Below, piece by piece: positions 55,962-64,000 of a stretch of DNA of 64,000 bases. Position 1 is the stretch's first letter; every line of letters starts with the position of its first letter. This stretch comes from Chitinispirillaceae bacterium (lineage in GTDB: Bacteria > Fibrobacterota > Chitinivibrionia > Chitinivibrionales > Chitinispirillaceae). The DNA lies in contig JBEKUX010000009.1 in assembly GCA_049514575.1 (NCBI GenBank), positions 15,146-79,145 of the forward strand. Reading direction: 5' to 3'. Below the pieces are notes generated by a model that saw nothing but the letters and a program-made list of their open reading frames with translations, ran no database searches and was not told the DNA's origin. Made by a program: the position numbers and the translations under genes.

Positions 55962-58640
55962 ATGACTACTACCCAAGAAATAGATACTTCCAAGTCCGAC
56001 CTCACCCCGCTCATGCGGCAGTATACCGAGATCAAGGCGCGCAATCCGGAAGCGATTCTCCTCTACCGCATGGGCGATTTCTACGAGATGTTCAACGACG
56101 ACGCGAAAGTCGCCTCCAAAGTCCTGGGCCTGACCCTTACCAGCAGAAACCACGGCGGCGCTGAAAACACGCCGCTCGCCGGCTTCCCGTTCCACGCGCT
56201 TGACCGCTACGCCCACCGCCTGGTCAAGGCGGGGTACAAAATCGCGGTGTGCGAACAGACCGAGGACCCCAAGGCCGCCAAGGGGATTGTCAAACGAGAT
56301 ATCATCGAGGTCATCACCGCCGGCACCGCTACCGAAGGCAGCATCATCGAGGAGAAGGCCAACAACTTCATCGTGGGCGCCAGTCGGAACGAAGGGCGTA
56401 TCGGCATCGCCGTCTGCGATCTTTCCACCGGACAGTTTGAGGTCGAGGAACTTGCGGAAGAGGAGGCCGGCCACGAGCTGGTACGCATCAATCCGAGCGA
56501 GATCGTCGCGGCCAGGGGAAGCGAAGAATTTTTCAGGAAAATAACCCTCGACCAGTTCCTGAAGACCATGATTTCTCCCTACGACGCATGGAAATTCTCC
56601 TACGACACTGCCGCGGCGGCGCTCAAAGACCATTTCCAGGTCGCCTCACTTGACGGGTGGGGACTTGAAAGTCACCCGCGAAGCGTCTGTGCGGCCGGCG
56701 GCCTGCTGCTCTACCTGAAAGAACAGAAGAAAAACGATTTGCGCCATATTTCTGGAATCACGCGCCGCGATTGTTCCGAGTATGCGGAGCTCGATCCCTC
56801 GACCATCCGCAATCTCGAACTCCTGCGGCCCCTCCAGACCGACGAGGCCGACGGCACGCTCGTGTCCGTGCTTGACAAAACGAGCACTTCCATGGGCAGC
56901 CGCCTGCTCAAACGGTTCATCACGCGGCCGCTCAAGGAGATCGCCGCGATACAGGAGCGCCTCGCGGCCGTGGAATGGCTTAAAAAAGACGCTTTCGCGC
57001 GCGGCGAGATCGAGCTCGTGCTCAAACACATCGCGGATATCGAACGCCTTATAAGCCGCGTCTCCTTCGAACGCGCCAACGGCCGGGACCTGTGGGCGCT
57101 CAGGGGATCGTTCGAAAAGTTTCCCCTGCTCATCCGCAGCCTCCACGAAACGCCGTCGCAGCTTCTTCTGCGGACGGCAGCAACGCTCGAGGGTTTCGAA
57201 CCGCTCTCGAAAAGGATCGCCGCGACCATCGTTGATAACCCGCCCCATTCGATACGGGAGGGCGGCATTATCCGGCAGGGCGTATCGCAGGAGCTCGATT
57301 CCATTCGCGATGCAGCCACGCACGGAAAACAGTGGATCGCGCGGCTGCAGGAGAGCGAACGCAGCCGCACCGGCATCGGATCACTCAAGGTCGGGTTTAA
57401 CAGGGTGTTCGGTTACTATATCGAGGTGTCGAAAGCCAACCTTTCGCTCGTACCGGCCGATTATATCCGCAAACAGACACTGGTCAATGGCGAGCGCTTC
57501 ATCACGCCCGATCTCAAGGAAATGGAGTCGAAAATTCTCGGCGCAGAGGAGAGGCTCGGCACGCTCGAATACGAACTGTTCGTGGAGCTGCGCAAAACCG
57601 TCGCCGCAGAATGCGTCCGCATCCAGAAGGCGGCTGAGGCGGTGGCCCTGCTCGACGTGTTCATATCGTTCGCGCAGGTTGCGGCAGAGAACAATTACTG
57701 CCGTCCTATTCTCTCGGAAGGCACCGATCTTGTCATAAGGGAAGGCAGGCATCCGGTGGTCGAGCGCCTGGTGCCGGGCGGCTCGTTTGTGCCGAACGAT
57801 ACGGAAATCATAAAAAAAGAGTCTCAGATTCTGCTCATCACCGGCCCGAACATGGCAGGCAAATCGACCTATTTGCGCCAGAACGCACTCATATGCATCA
57901 TGGCGCAGATCGGCTCATTCGTGCCTGCAGGTTTCGCGCAGATCGGCATTGTGGACAAATTTTTTACCCGCGTGGGCGCCACTGACCGCCTTGCGCGGGG
58001 CCTCTCCACCTTTCTCGTTGAGATGATCGAAGTGGCGAACATCCTGAACAACGCCACGGACAAAAGTCTGGTCCTGCTTGATGAGGTTGGCCGCGGGACA
58101 TCCACCTTTGACGGCATTTCGATCGCCTGGGCGGTGGCGGAATACCTGCACGAAACGGTAAGCAGGCGCAGCCGTACCTTTTTCGCGACCCACTACCACG
58201 AGCTCACCGAAATGGCGCTCGTGTTCCCGCGCATAAAAAATTTACATATAAAAGTCAAGGAATGGAACGACCAGATCATCTTCCTGCGAAAGATCGATGC
58301 GGGTTCGTGCGACCACTCCTACGGGATCCAGGTTGCCCGCCTTGCGGGTGTGCCGCGGAAAGTGATCGTCAGGGCGCGGGAGATACTGGCGAACCTCGAA
58401 AACATGGAGCTGACGCCGGACCACAAGCCGGTCCTCGCCCGCCACCGGGAAAACGCCGCAGGCGTGCCGCGGGGCGAACAGACCGACCTTTTCGTTTCCG
58501 GGGTACAGCTCAATGCCATGGATGCGCACCACGCGGAAATCGTGCAGCAGCTGCAGAACCTCGACGTAAACGACCTCACCCCGATTGATGCGCTGAATGT
58601 GATAGCGGAACTGAAGAAGAAGGCACAACGCGAAGGTTGA
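55962..58640 (+). CDS. mutS: DNA mismatch repair protein MutS
   Basis: TPLMRQY, GDFYEMF and ITGPNMAGKSTYLRQ (Walker A) motifs; 892 aa. Confidence 0.97.
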   Translation: MTTTQEIDTSKSDLTPLMRQYTEIKARNPEAILLYRMGDFYEMFNDDAKVASKVLGLTLTSRNHGGAENTPLAGFPFHALDRYAHRLVKAGYKIAVCEQTEDPKAAKGIVKRDIIEVITAGTATEGSIIEEKANNFIVGASRNEGRIGIAVCDLSTGQFEVEELAEEEAGHELVRINPSEIVAARGSEEFFRKITLDQFLKTMISPYDAWKFSYDTAAAALKDHFQVASLDGWGLESHPRSVCAAGGLLLYLKEQKKNDLRHISGITRRDCSEYAELDPSTIRNLELLRPLQTDEADGTLVSVLDKTSTSMGSRLLKRFITRPLKEIAAIQERLAAVEWLKKDAFARGEIELVLKHIADIERLISRVSFERANGRDLWALRGSFEKFPLLIRSLHETPSQLLLRTAATLEGFEPLSKRIAATIVDNPPHSIREGGIIRQGVSQELDSIRDAATHGKQWIARLQESERSRTGIGSLKVGFNRVFGYYIEVSKANLSLVPADYIRKQTLVNGERFITPDLKEMESKILGAEERLGTLEYELFVELRKTVAAECVRIQKAAEAVALLDVFISFAQVAAENNYCRPILSEGTDLVIREGRHPVVERLVPGGSFVPNDTEIIKKESQILLITGPNMAGKSTYLRQNALICIMAQIGSFVPAGFAQIGIVDKFFTRVGATDRLARGLSTFLVEMIEVANILNNATDKSLVLLDEVGRGTSTFDGISIAWAVAEYLHETVSRRSRTFFATHYHELTEMALVFPRIKNLHIKVKEWNDQIIFLRKIDAGSCDHSYGIQVARLAGVPRKVIVRAREILANLENMELTPDHKPVLARHRENAAGVPRGEQTDLFVSGVQLNAMDAHHAEIVQQLQNLDVNDLTPIDALNVIAELKKKAQREG

Positions 58641-58646
58641 AAAACC

Positions 58647-59585
58647 TCATTTCATTTTTTCCTTTTTATCATCCTCGAACAGGTCCAGAAAGCGGTTTTC
58701 GTAGAGCTCATACAGGTTCCACCGGTCGAGCTCTTTCTTGAGCTCCTGCGCCTTTGCCCGGTCGGCCCTCGCTTCTTCAAAAAGCCGTTCAATCTTTTCC
58801 ATCACGTAATGCGGGACCTTTTCCTCGTCGATCGTCGCGATCTCTTCGTCGTCCTCTTTGTTGACAGTAGGAAAAAATTCCTTGATACGCTCCTCGATCA
58901 TGGCGAGCTGCTGGTTCATCTCTTCCACGCCCTCCTCCAGTTCGGCGGTGTCCACGGAAAATTTCTGGATGCGCGCCACGGTCCGGATAAGCTCAAGCGC
59001 CGCTTTGGGGTAGGCGAAATTCATTGCATAGCTCGGGATAGTGCCGAGCAGGCACCCTGCGTCGATGCGACGCGAGGCCGCCACGCCGAGGAGCAGCCCG
59101 TTGAGACCCGCAATGACGCCGTCGGGCATGGGTATGACGCCGAAATCCCTGATTTTATTAAGGAGCGAATCGCCGTTGCAGGTAACCAGCACCTGCGAAG
59201 AGGTGCGGTAGGACATGGGCTGGGCGAATGCCGCAAAAGTGAATATCCGTTCGACCTGGAAACGGCCGATAACATCGAGAAACGTTTTAATGATCGCGAT
59301 GCCGTCACGGCCGCCGACTTGTGCGTCGCTTTCAAAGATGATCAGGTCCGGGTTAGTGGTGTAAAAGAAACGGCTTGTGGGAATATCGGGAAACTGGGCC
59401 ATGCCGTCTTTGACCACTATTGCGTCCGGAATGAAAAAGGGGCTCATATCGATCTCGGCGAAGAGCTGCGCGTTCATTTTCTTGCGAAGGAATTCGATGG
59501 TGATAAGTCCCACGTTTCCCATGCCCGGCCATGCGGCAAGAACTATAGGATGGTTCGAAAACGAGATATCCTTAAAAAATTTCAT
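58647..59585 (-). CDS. PAC2 (proteasome assembly chaperone 2-like) family protein with coiled-coil tail
   Basis: 312 aa. The N-terminal PIVLAAWPGMGNVGLITIEFL... pattern resembles bacterial PAC2-family proteins (family call from memory). The C-terminal ~90 aa are charged and heptad-like. Confidence 0.55.
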   Translation of the reverse strand: MKFFKDISFSNHPIVLAAWPGMGNVGLITIEFLRKKMNAQLFAEIDMSPFFIPDAIVVKDGMAQFPDIPTSRFFYTTNPDLIIFESDAQVGGRDGIAIIKTFLDVIGRFQVERIFTFAAFAQPMSYRTSSQVLVTCNGDSLLNKIRDFGVIPMPDGVIAGLNGLLLGVAASRRIDAGCLLGTIPSYAMNFAYPKAALELIRTVARIQKFSVDTAELEEGVEEMNQQLAMIEERIKEFFPTVNKEDDEEIATIDEEKVPHYVMEKIERLFEEARADRAKAQELKKELDRWNLYELYENRFLDLFEDDKKEKMK

Positions 59586-59702
59586 AGGCTCAGATCCTTT
59601 ATTAATAATTCTTCTCGCATTAAAAAATACATTATCGTCGGTTCAATTTTCCCGAAAATGCCTGCTCCGAAAATGGCGGCAGGATAATGTATTTTATCAT
59701 GT

Positions 59703-60662
59703 ATGCATTTGAAAAACAACGAGTTGTTTCTGGCGCCCATGGCCGGAATAACCGATTCGCTTTTCCGCAGGCTGTGCAGGGAACAGGGTGCTGATGCGGT
59801 GGTGAGTGAAATGGTGAGCGCCGAAGGTTTGCTTCGTTCCGGCAAACAGACATTGCGGCTCATTGCTTTTGACGAATCAGAAAGACCTTGCGGCATCCAG
59901 ATTTTCGGCTCGGTTCCGGATCGCATGGCTGCCGCTGCCGTCTGGATTGAAGCGAATGTCAGGCCGGATTTCATCGACCTTAACTGCGGCTGTCCGGTAC
60001 CAAAGGTGGTCAAACGAAACGGGGGCGCAGCGCTTTTGCGCGATCCCTTGCTTTTTAAGCGTATTGTCGCAGCAATGGTAAAATCAATAACCATTCCCTT
60101 GACGGTCAAACTCCGCTCAGGCTGGAACACCGGTGAGTGGGTCGATGTCGAATTCGCCCGTATTGCAGAAGGGAGCGGCGCTAAGGCCGTGTTTCTTCAC
60201 GCACGTTCCAAGACTATGCGCTTTTCCGGTACTGCGTTGTGGGAGCGCATTGCGCTGGTAAAAAAGGCTGTAAAGATCCCGGTGATCGGCAACGGCGACA
60301 TCTGCACGCCGCATGATGCGGTCCGCATGCGGCGGGAGACCGGCTGCGACGGCCTGATGATCGGCAGGGCTGCTCTCGGCAACCCCTGGATTTTCAGGCA
60401 GATAAAACAGGCGCTTGCCGGTACGACCACAGAGGAAATCGCACCGGCCGAACGGTGCCATATGGCGGTTCATCATATTGCGTGCGCACGGGAACAATAC
60501 GGGGAACGGCGGGCGACCAAAGAAATGCGCAAGCATGTTGCCTGGTACCTCAGAGGAAATCATAATGCAACCGAATTCAGGGACAGGATTTTCAGATCAA
60601 AAAGTACGCTTGAATTGGAAACGATCGTAAAGGAAGCGTTGGGACAGCATATATTTTCATAA
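59703..60662 (+). CDS. dus: tRNA-dihydrouridine synthase
   Basis: FLAPMAGITD, DLNCGCP (catalytic Cys) and GNGDI motifs; 319 aa. Confidence 0.92.
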   Translation: MHLKNNELFLAPMAGITDSLFRRLCREQGADAVVSEMVSAEGLLRSGKQTLRLIAFDESERPCGIQIFGSVPDRMAAAAVWIEANVRPDFIDLNCGCPVPKVVKRNGGAALLRDPLLFKRIVAAMVKSITIPLTVKLRSGWNTGEWVDVEFARIAEGSGAKAVFLHARSKTMRFSGTALWERIALVKKAVKIPVIGNGDICTPHDAVRMRRETGCDGLMIGRAALGNPWIFRQIKQALAGTTTEEIAPAERCHMAVHHIACAREQYGERRATKEMRKHVAWYLRGNHNATEFRDRIFRSKSTLELETIVKEALGQHIFS

Positions 60663-60673
60663 TAGAATAATCA

Positions 60674-60768
60674 TTTGGGTGGCTGAGCCCAGTCACCCCC
60701 TGTGAATGTCTTGCCAAGCAACGATCTCCTGTGTGGGGGGACTGTCAAGCTGTTATCGCGTTCGAAAA
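60674..60768 (+). repeat. Intergenic repeat locus C (compact box1 plus 3' module)
   Basis: TTTGGGTGGCTGAGCC at 60674-60689, 12 nt after the dus stop. A stem pairs CAGTCaCCCCC (60690-60700) with GGGGGGACTG (60735-60744). GTTATCGCGTTCGAAAA at 60752-60768 is shared with 33136-33152. Confidence 0.55.
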
Positions 60769-60806
60769 GAAAATTATTTTTTCTACTTAACAAAACAGAG
60801 GAATAA

Positions 60807-61568
60807 ATGGAAAAAAGATATCTTCAAAAACTACTTGATAATGTCGCGAAACACTCGGTCTCTGTCGAGCATGCGATTGAAAAGCTCAAACACCTTCCAT
60901 TTGAAGATCTCGGGTTCGCCTCAATCGATCACCACCGGCCGCTGCGCAAAGGGCATCCTGAGGTCATCTTCTGCCAGAACAAGACGCCGCAACAAGTTGC
61001 GGCCATTGCGTTATCACAGATAAAACACGGCGATACGGTGTTCGGCACTCGCGCAAATAAATCGGTTCTTGAGGCCGTGAACGCCGCCGTCTCCAATCTT
61101 GAAATAGACGAAACAGCGCGCTGTTTCTGGAAAAAATCCGCCACATGGAAGAAAAAAAAATCACCCGCGCATATTGTTATCTGTTCGGCCGGTACCGCGG
61201 ATATGCCGGTAGTTGCGGAAGCACAAAGGACCGTTGAAATAATGGGTCATATGGCAATCACGCTCAAGGATGTCGGCGTGGCCGGCATACATCGGCTTTT
61301 CAGCTATAAGGAGATTCTGCAGAAAGCATCGGTCATTATCGCAGTCGCCGGCATGGAGGGCGCGCTGCCGTCGGTCATTGCGGGATATGTCCCCTGCCCG
61401 GTCATCGGCGTGCCGACGTCGGTCGGTTACGGCTCGCACCTCGGCGGCATGGTCCCGCTCTTCGCCATGCTCAATTCCTGCGCTTCAGGTCTTACGGTTG
61501 TCAATATCGACAACGGATTCGGCGCCGCCTGCGCCGCGGTCGCGATGGTGGATATAAAAACCAAATAG
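60807..61568 (+). CDS. larB: LarB-like (PurE-fold) nickel-pincer cofactor biosynthesis carboxylase/hydrolase
   Basis: 253 aa. N-terminal helical extension plus an AIR-carboxylase-like domain with VICSAGTADMPV and AVAGMEGALPSVIAG. Confidence 0.75.
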   Translation: MEKRYLQKLLDNVAKHSVSVEHAIEKLKHLPFEDLGFASIDHHRPLRKGHPEVIFCQNKTPQQVAAIALSQIKHGDTVFGTRANKSVLEAVNAAVSNLEIDETARCFWKKSATWKKKKSPAHIVICSAGTADMPVVAEAQRTVEIMGHMAITLKDVGVAGIHRLFSYKEILQKASVIIAVAGMEGALPSVIAGYVPCPVIGVPTSVGYGSHLGGMVPLFAMLNSCASGLTVVNIDNGFGAACAAVAMVDIKTK

Positions 61569-61579
61569 TTACAAGGTTT

Positions 61580-61957
61580 TTACCGTTCGTCGCCGCTTGA
61601 ACCGGAGTGCCCCTCTTTTTTATTGAACATTTGTGAAACCTTTTTCGCAACATCAGGGGCCATGGCGATGATTTTGCTCAGGAAAGGATCTGAGGGCGAA
61701 ACCGGATGGACCTGCACCCGGTCGTCCCTGATCGAAATAAACGCGACCGGCGTTATGGTGATACCGCCTCCGGTGCCTGCGCCGGTGCTGCATTTATCGT
61801 CCTTGCCGCCGCCGCCGGCTGCAAAGCCGATTGAAATGCGCGACACCGGAATGAGCGTGACGTTTCCCGCATTGATCGGTTCGCCGATCACGGTTTCGGT
61901 CTTGGCGATATACTGCATCTGATCCAGCGCGACCTTGATGACATCTGCAAGCGACAT
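61580..61957 (-). CDS. ytfJ: YtfJ/GerW-family protein
   Basis: 125 aa. VTLIPVSRISIGFAAGGGG...GGGITITPVAFISI is characteristic of the GerW/YtfJ family. Confidence 0.78.
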   Translation of the reverse strand: MSLADVIKVALDQMQYIAKTETVIGEPINAGNVTLIPVSRISIGFAAGGGGKDDKCSTGAGTGGGITITPVAFISIRDDRVQVHPVSPSDPFLSKIIAMAPDVAKKVSQMFNKKEGHSGSSGDER

Positions 61958-62098
61958 GGGACGCCTCCACGGTGGTTAAGTATTCAAAATATATATAGAC
62001 CTTCCCCGGATCGTCAAAGGTTTCACGAAGAGAATTTATAGACACTCTTTATTGTCATTAATTATACTACCCCTCCTCGAAATGTAAAGAGACAACCG

Positions 62099-63841
62099 AT
62101 GCACCATATTCCAAAGAAATATACGGCCATATGTACGATTGTTTCGTTTCTCCTGTGTTTCTTCTGCCCTGTGTTTCCCCAGATCGTTATTACCGAACTC
62201 CAGCGCGACCCGGCCGGAGGCGAAACCGCATTGCCCGGCGGCAAGAGCCATGAGTTCATCGAAATCACCAATCTCGGGAGCGACACCGCGAACCTCGACT
62301 CCCTCTGCCTCACCGACGGCGTCGGATCCGATACGGTCATTCCATGGCCTTCTCCCCTGCCGATCCATGATGACTGCATTACCGGCAGCACGGTTCTTTT
62401 GCCGGGCCGGACCGCAGTGATCCTTGATCGTGACTATCCTGCAGCCGTGGACAGCGTCCCGTCGAGCCGGATGCCGATCCGCGCCGGCACTGTTCTCCTG
62501 ACCGTCGGCGACGCGGATCTCGGCAACGGTCTGGCGAAAGATGACGGCATGCTGATTTACAAAGGCACGAAATCGCTTGTCCGCCGTTTTGTGAGCTGCG
62601 CCGCAGACTCGGCAGTGAGCCTTACCGATCCGCGGGCCGGAAAAATAACTTTGTCCGAACCGCATAATGTTCCCGAGGGTTTTTCGGTGGTACCGGTCGC
62701 GCTGCTCTTCGGCAGTGTCCGGTACGGTATCTGCGCCGACTCCCTCACTCCCGGTTATTTCGAATTGCTGAAAAACAACTGGTTCGCGGAATGGAGGTTC
62801 GGGCCGCTCGATACCGTGCACCACATCTTTGCATGCACCCTTTCGTGCCTTAAATCAGGCGCGTTGCCTCATGGCCCGGTTGGCTGGTCAGTGATCATGC
62901 AGTCTTCCTCAAAAACAGTAACTGCGGCCCAAGGCATGTGTGCCTTGCAAGGGAACAAAGCGACGGCAGTTTTCACCCTTTCGCTTGATTCTCTCTCGTA
63001 TTTTCTGCATATCAGGGAGCAGGACACAGAGACGGTCTGGCCCATCGACCTGTCCCAGCTCTGGCTTCCGGCTTCGCCAATCAAAATAAACGAGATCTTC
63101 CCGCGTGGAAATGCCGGAGAGCCCGAATGGTTTGAAGTGGTTAATGTTTCACAAATGATCATTAATCTGAAAAACTGGGTGTTCGGCAACAGCGAAGACA
63201 TCGACACGATTACCGTCTCGGACTGTCTGCTCCGCCCCGGTGATTTTCTGGTGCTCACCGCCAATGGTCCGCTTTTCAACCTGCGGTATCCGGCGAAAAA
63301 CCGCATACTCGCGCCGCCCCGCTGGCATGCGCTTGACAATTACAATGACACGCTCTGTCTGTGGGACGGAAACCATACCCTGAAAGAGCGGGTGTGCTGG
63401 CGCAGCGACTGGTTTTCCGGATGGAGCAGCCAGTCGCTCGAACGGGTCGCGCTGTCATGCTCCGGCATGGATAAAAGCTCCTGGGCGCTCGCCGTTTCGC
63501 CGACACCGGGTCAGCCGAATGCCGCGATTTTCTGGCGCGCCGGCAAAGAGCCGCACCTTGATGCCGGACCTCTGCCCTTTACACCAAATCATGACGGCCG
63601 CGATGACAACCTGTCGATATTTATTGATCTGCCTGCCGAGTATTCCGCCACAGTTGCAATTTACGGCTTTTCAGGGAAAAAGCTCCGTTCGTTTTCCGGG
63701 CCGGTGTCGCACCAGATTTCCTGGGACGGTAACCTTGACAATGGTTTACCTGCTCCGGTCGGTCCATTTTTTGTCGTGATGGAAGCTACGTCGGCAAAAG
63801 GAACAATCATTGTGCGGAAAAAAGGAGTTTTATGGAGATAA
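62099..63841 (+). CDS. Secreted protein with two lamin-tail (LTD) domains and FlgD-Ig/T9SS-like C-terminal domain
   Basis: Signal peptide MHHIPKKYTAICTIVSFLLCFFCPVFPQ. LTD-like segments are VITELQRDPAGGE...HEFIEITNLGSDTANLDSLCL and IKINEIFPRGNAGEPEWFEVVNVSQMIINLKNW. The C-terminus is FTPNHDGRDDNL...VAIYGFSGKKLRSF...WDGNLDNGLPAPVGPFFV. Confidence 0.75.
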   Translation: MHHIPKKYTAICTIVSFLLCFFCPVFPQIVITELQRDPAGGETALPGGKSHEFIEITNLGSDTANLDSLCLTDGVGSDTVIPWPSPLPIHDDCITGSTVLLPGRTAVILDRDYPAAVDSVPSSRMPIRAGTVLLTVGDADLGNGLAKDDGMLIYKGTKSLVRRFVSCAADSAVSLTDPRAGKITLSEPHNVPEGFSVVPVALLFGSVRYGICADSLTPGYFELLKNNWFAEWRFGPLDTVHHIFACTLSCLKSGALPHGPVGWSVIMQSSSKTVTAAQGMCALQGNKATAVFTLSLDSLSYFLHIREQDTETVWPIDLSQLWLPASPIKINEIFPRGNAGEPEWFEVVNVSQMIINLKNWVFGNSEDIDTITVSDCLLRPGDFLVLTANGPLFNLRYPAKNRILAPPRWHALDNYNDTLCLWDGNHTLKERVCWRSDWFSGWSSQSLERVALSCSGMDKSSWALAVSPTPGQPNAAIFWRAGKEPHLDAGPLPFTPNHDGRDDNLSIFIDLPAEYSATVAIYGFSGKKLRSFSGPVSHQISWDGNLDNGLPAPVGPFFVVMEATSAKGTIIVRKKGVLWR

Positions 63842-64000
63842 ATATAAAAGAGAATTTCTTCTGGGTAGGCCGTACCGTTCTCTGAATAACACTGTTATCC
63901 AAAGAAGGCCTTTAGGGGCCCTTTATTGGGTACTTTTCCTACGCCATTATCATCCGTGCAATGCGAGCAGTTGTGACTTTGAATAAAAAAGACTGAAAAC

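Noticed and set aside
63842-64000. A minus-strand frame open from the right edge for 35 codons (...CSHCTDDNGVGKVPNKGPLKAFFG*), possibly the 3' end of a gene beyond the window.
   Set aside because: It is too short and featureless to call. The same stretch carries box1-like and GCCTTTAG-like repeat blocks, so it is more likely non-coding.

Overview
This is a gene-dense, GC-rich chromosomal segment with about 50 CDS on both strands, and it is overwhelmingly housekeeping.

Gene order, left to right:
- a class A PBP running off the left edge, which the ORF track missed because it has no stop in the window
- a pgsA-like transferase
- a heavy-metal (Cu/Ag-type) RND efflux cluster: Cys/His-rich secreted peptide, TolC-like OMF, lipoprotein CusB-like MFP, CusA-like pump, YHS-type periplasmic protein
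- pepA and a GDPD
- cysK-metY-ptsH, then pirin
- a 2057-aa thioester alpha-2-macroglobulin
- mnmA, then an internally duplicated kinase-like protein
- a 1378-aa C25 (gingipain-type) peptidase
- HU, long-form glyA, an MA-clan metalloprotease, a HAD hydrolase, glgB
- a membrane protein plus an EEP-family lipoprotein, then galT
- a complete F1Fo operon, atpZ-I-B-E-F-H-A-G-D-C
- a ~1.1-kb low-GC islet carrying brnT/brnA and a decayed ORF
- manA and a small membrane peptide
- moxR-DUF58, then glmS-ridA-scpA-scpB, then mutS
- a PAC2-family protein, dus, larB, ytfJ and a lamin-tail-domain surface protein

I found no rRNA, tRNA, CRISPR array, transposase, integrase or recognisable multi-gene defence operon.

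Several protein features hint at an FCB-superphylum-like lineage: FlgD-Ig/T9SS-like C-terminal domains, a C25 peptidase, a DUF4834-like peptide and a short ATP synthase epsilon. This is inference with low confidence.

Leads worth follow-up (none of these is demonstrably a new system from sequence alone):
1. The tandem kinase/pseudokinase-like ORF downstream of mnmA.
2. The low-GC BrnTA islet with a frameshifted, TGA-interrupted third ORF.
3. A loosely conserved family of structured intergenic repeats at five or more loci, plus a strongly structured element inside the atp operon.
4. A Cys/His-rich secreted peptide heading the metal efflux cluster.

All family assignments rest on motifs read by eye from the translations. 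No database search was possible.
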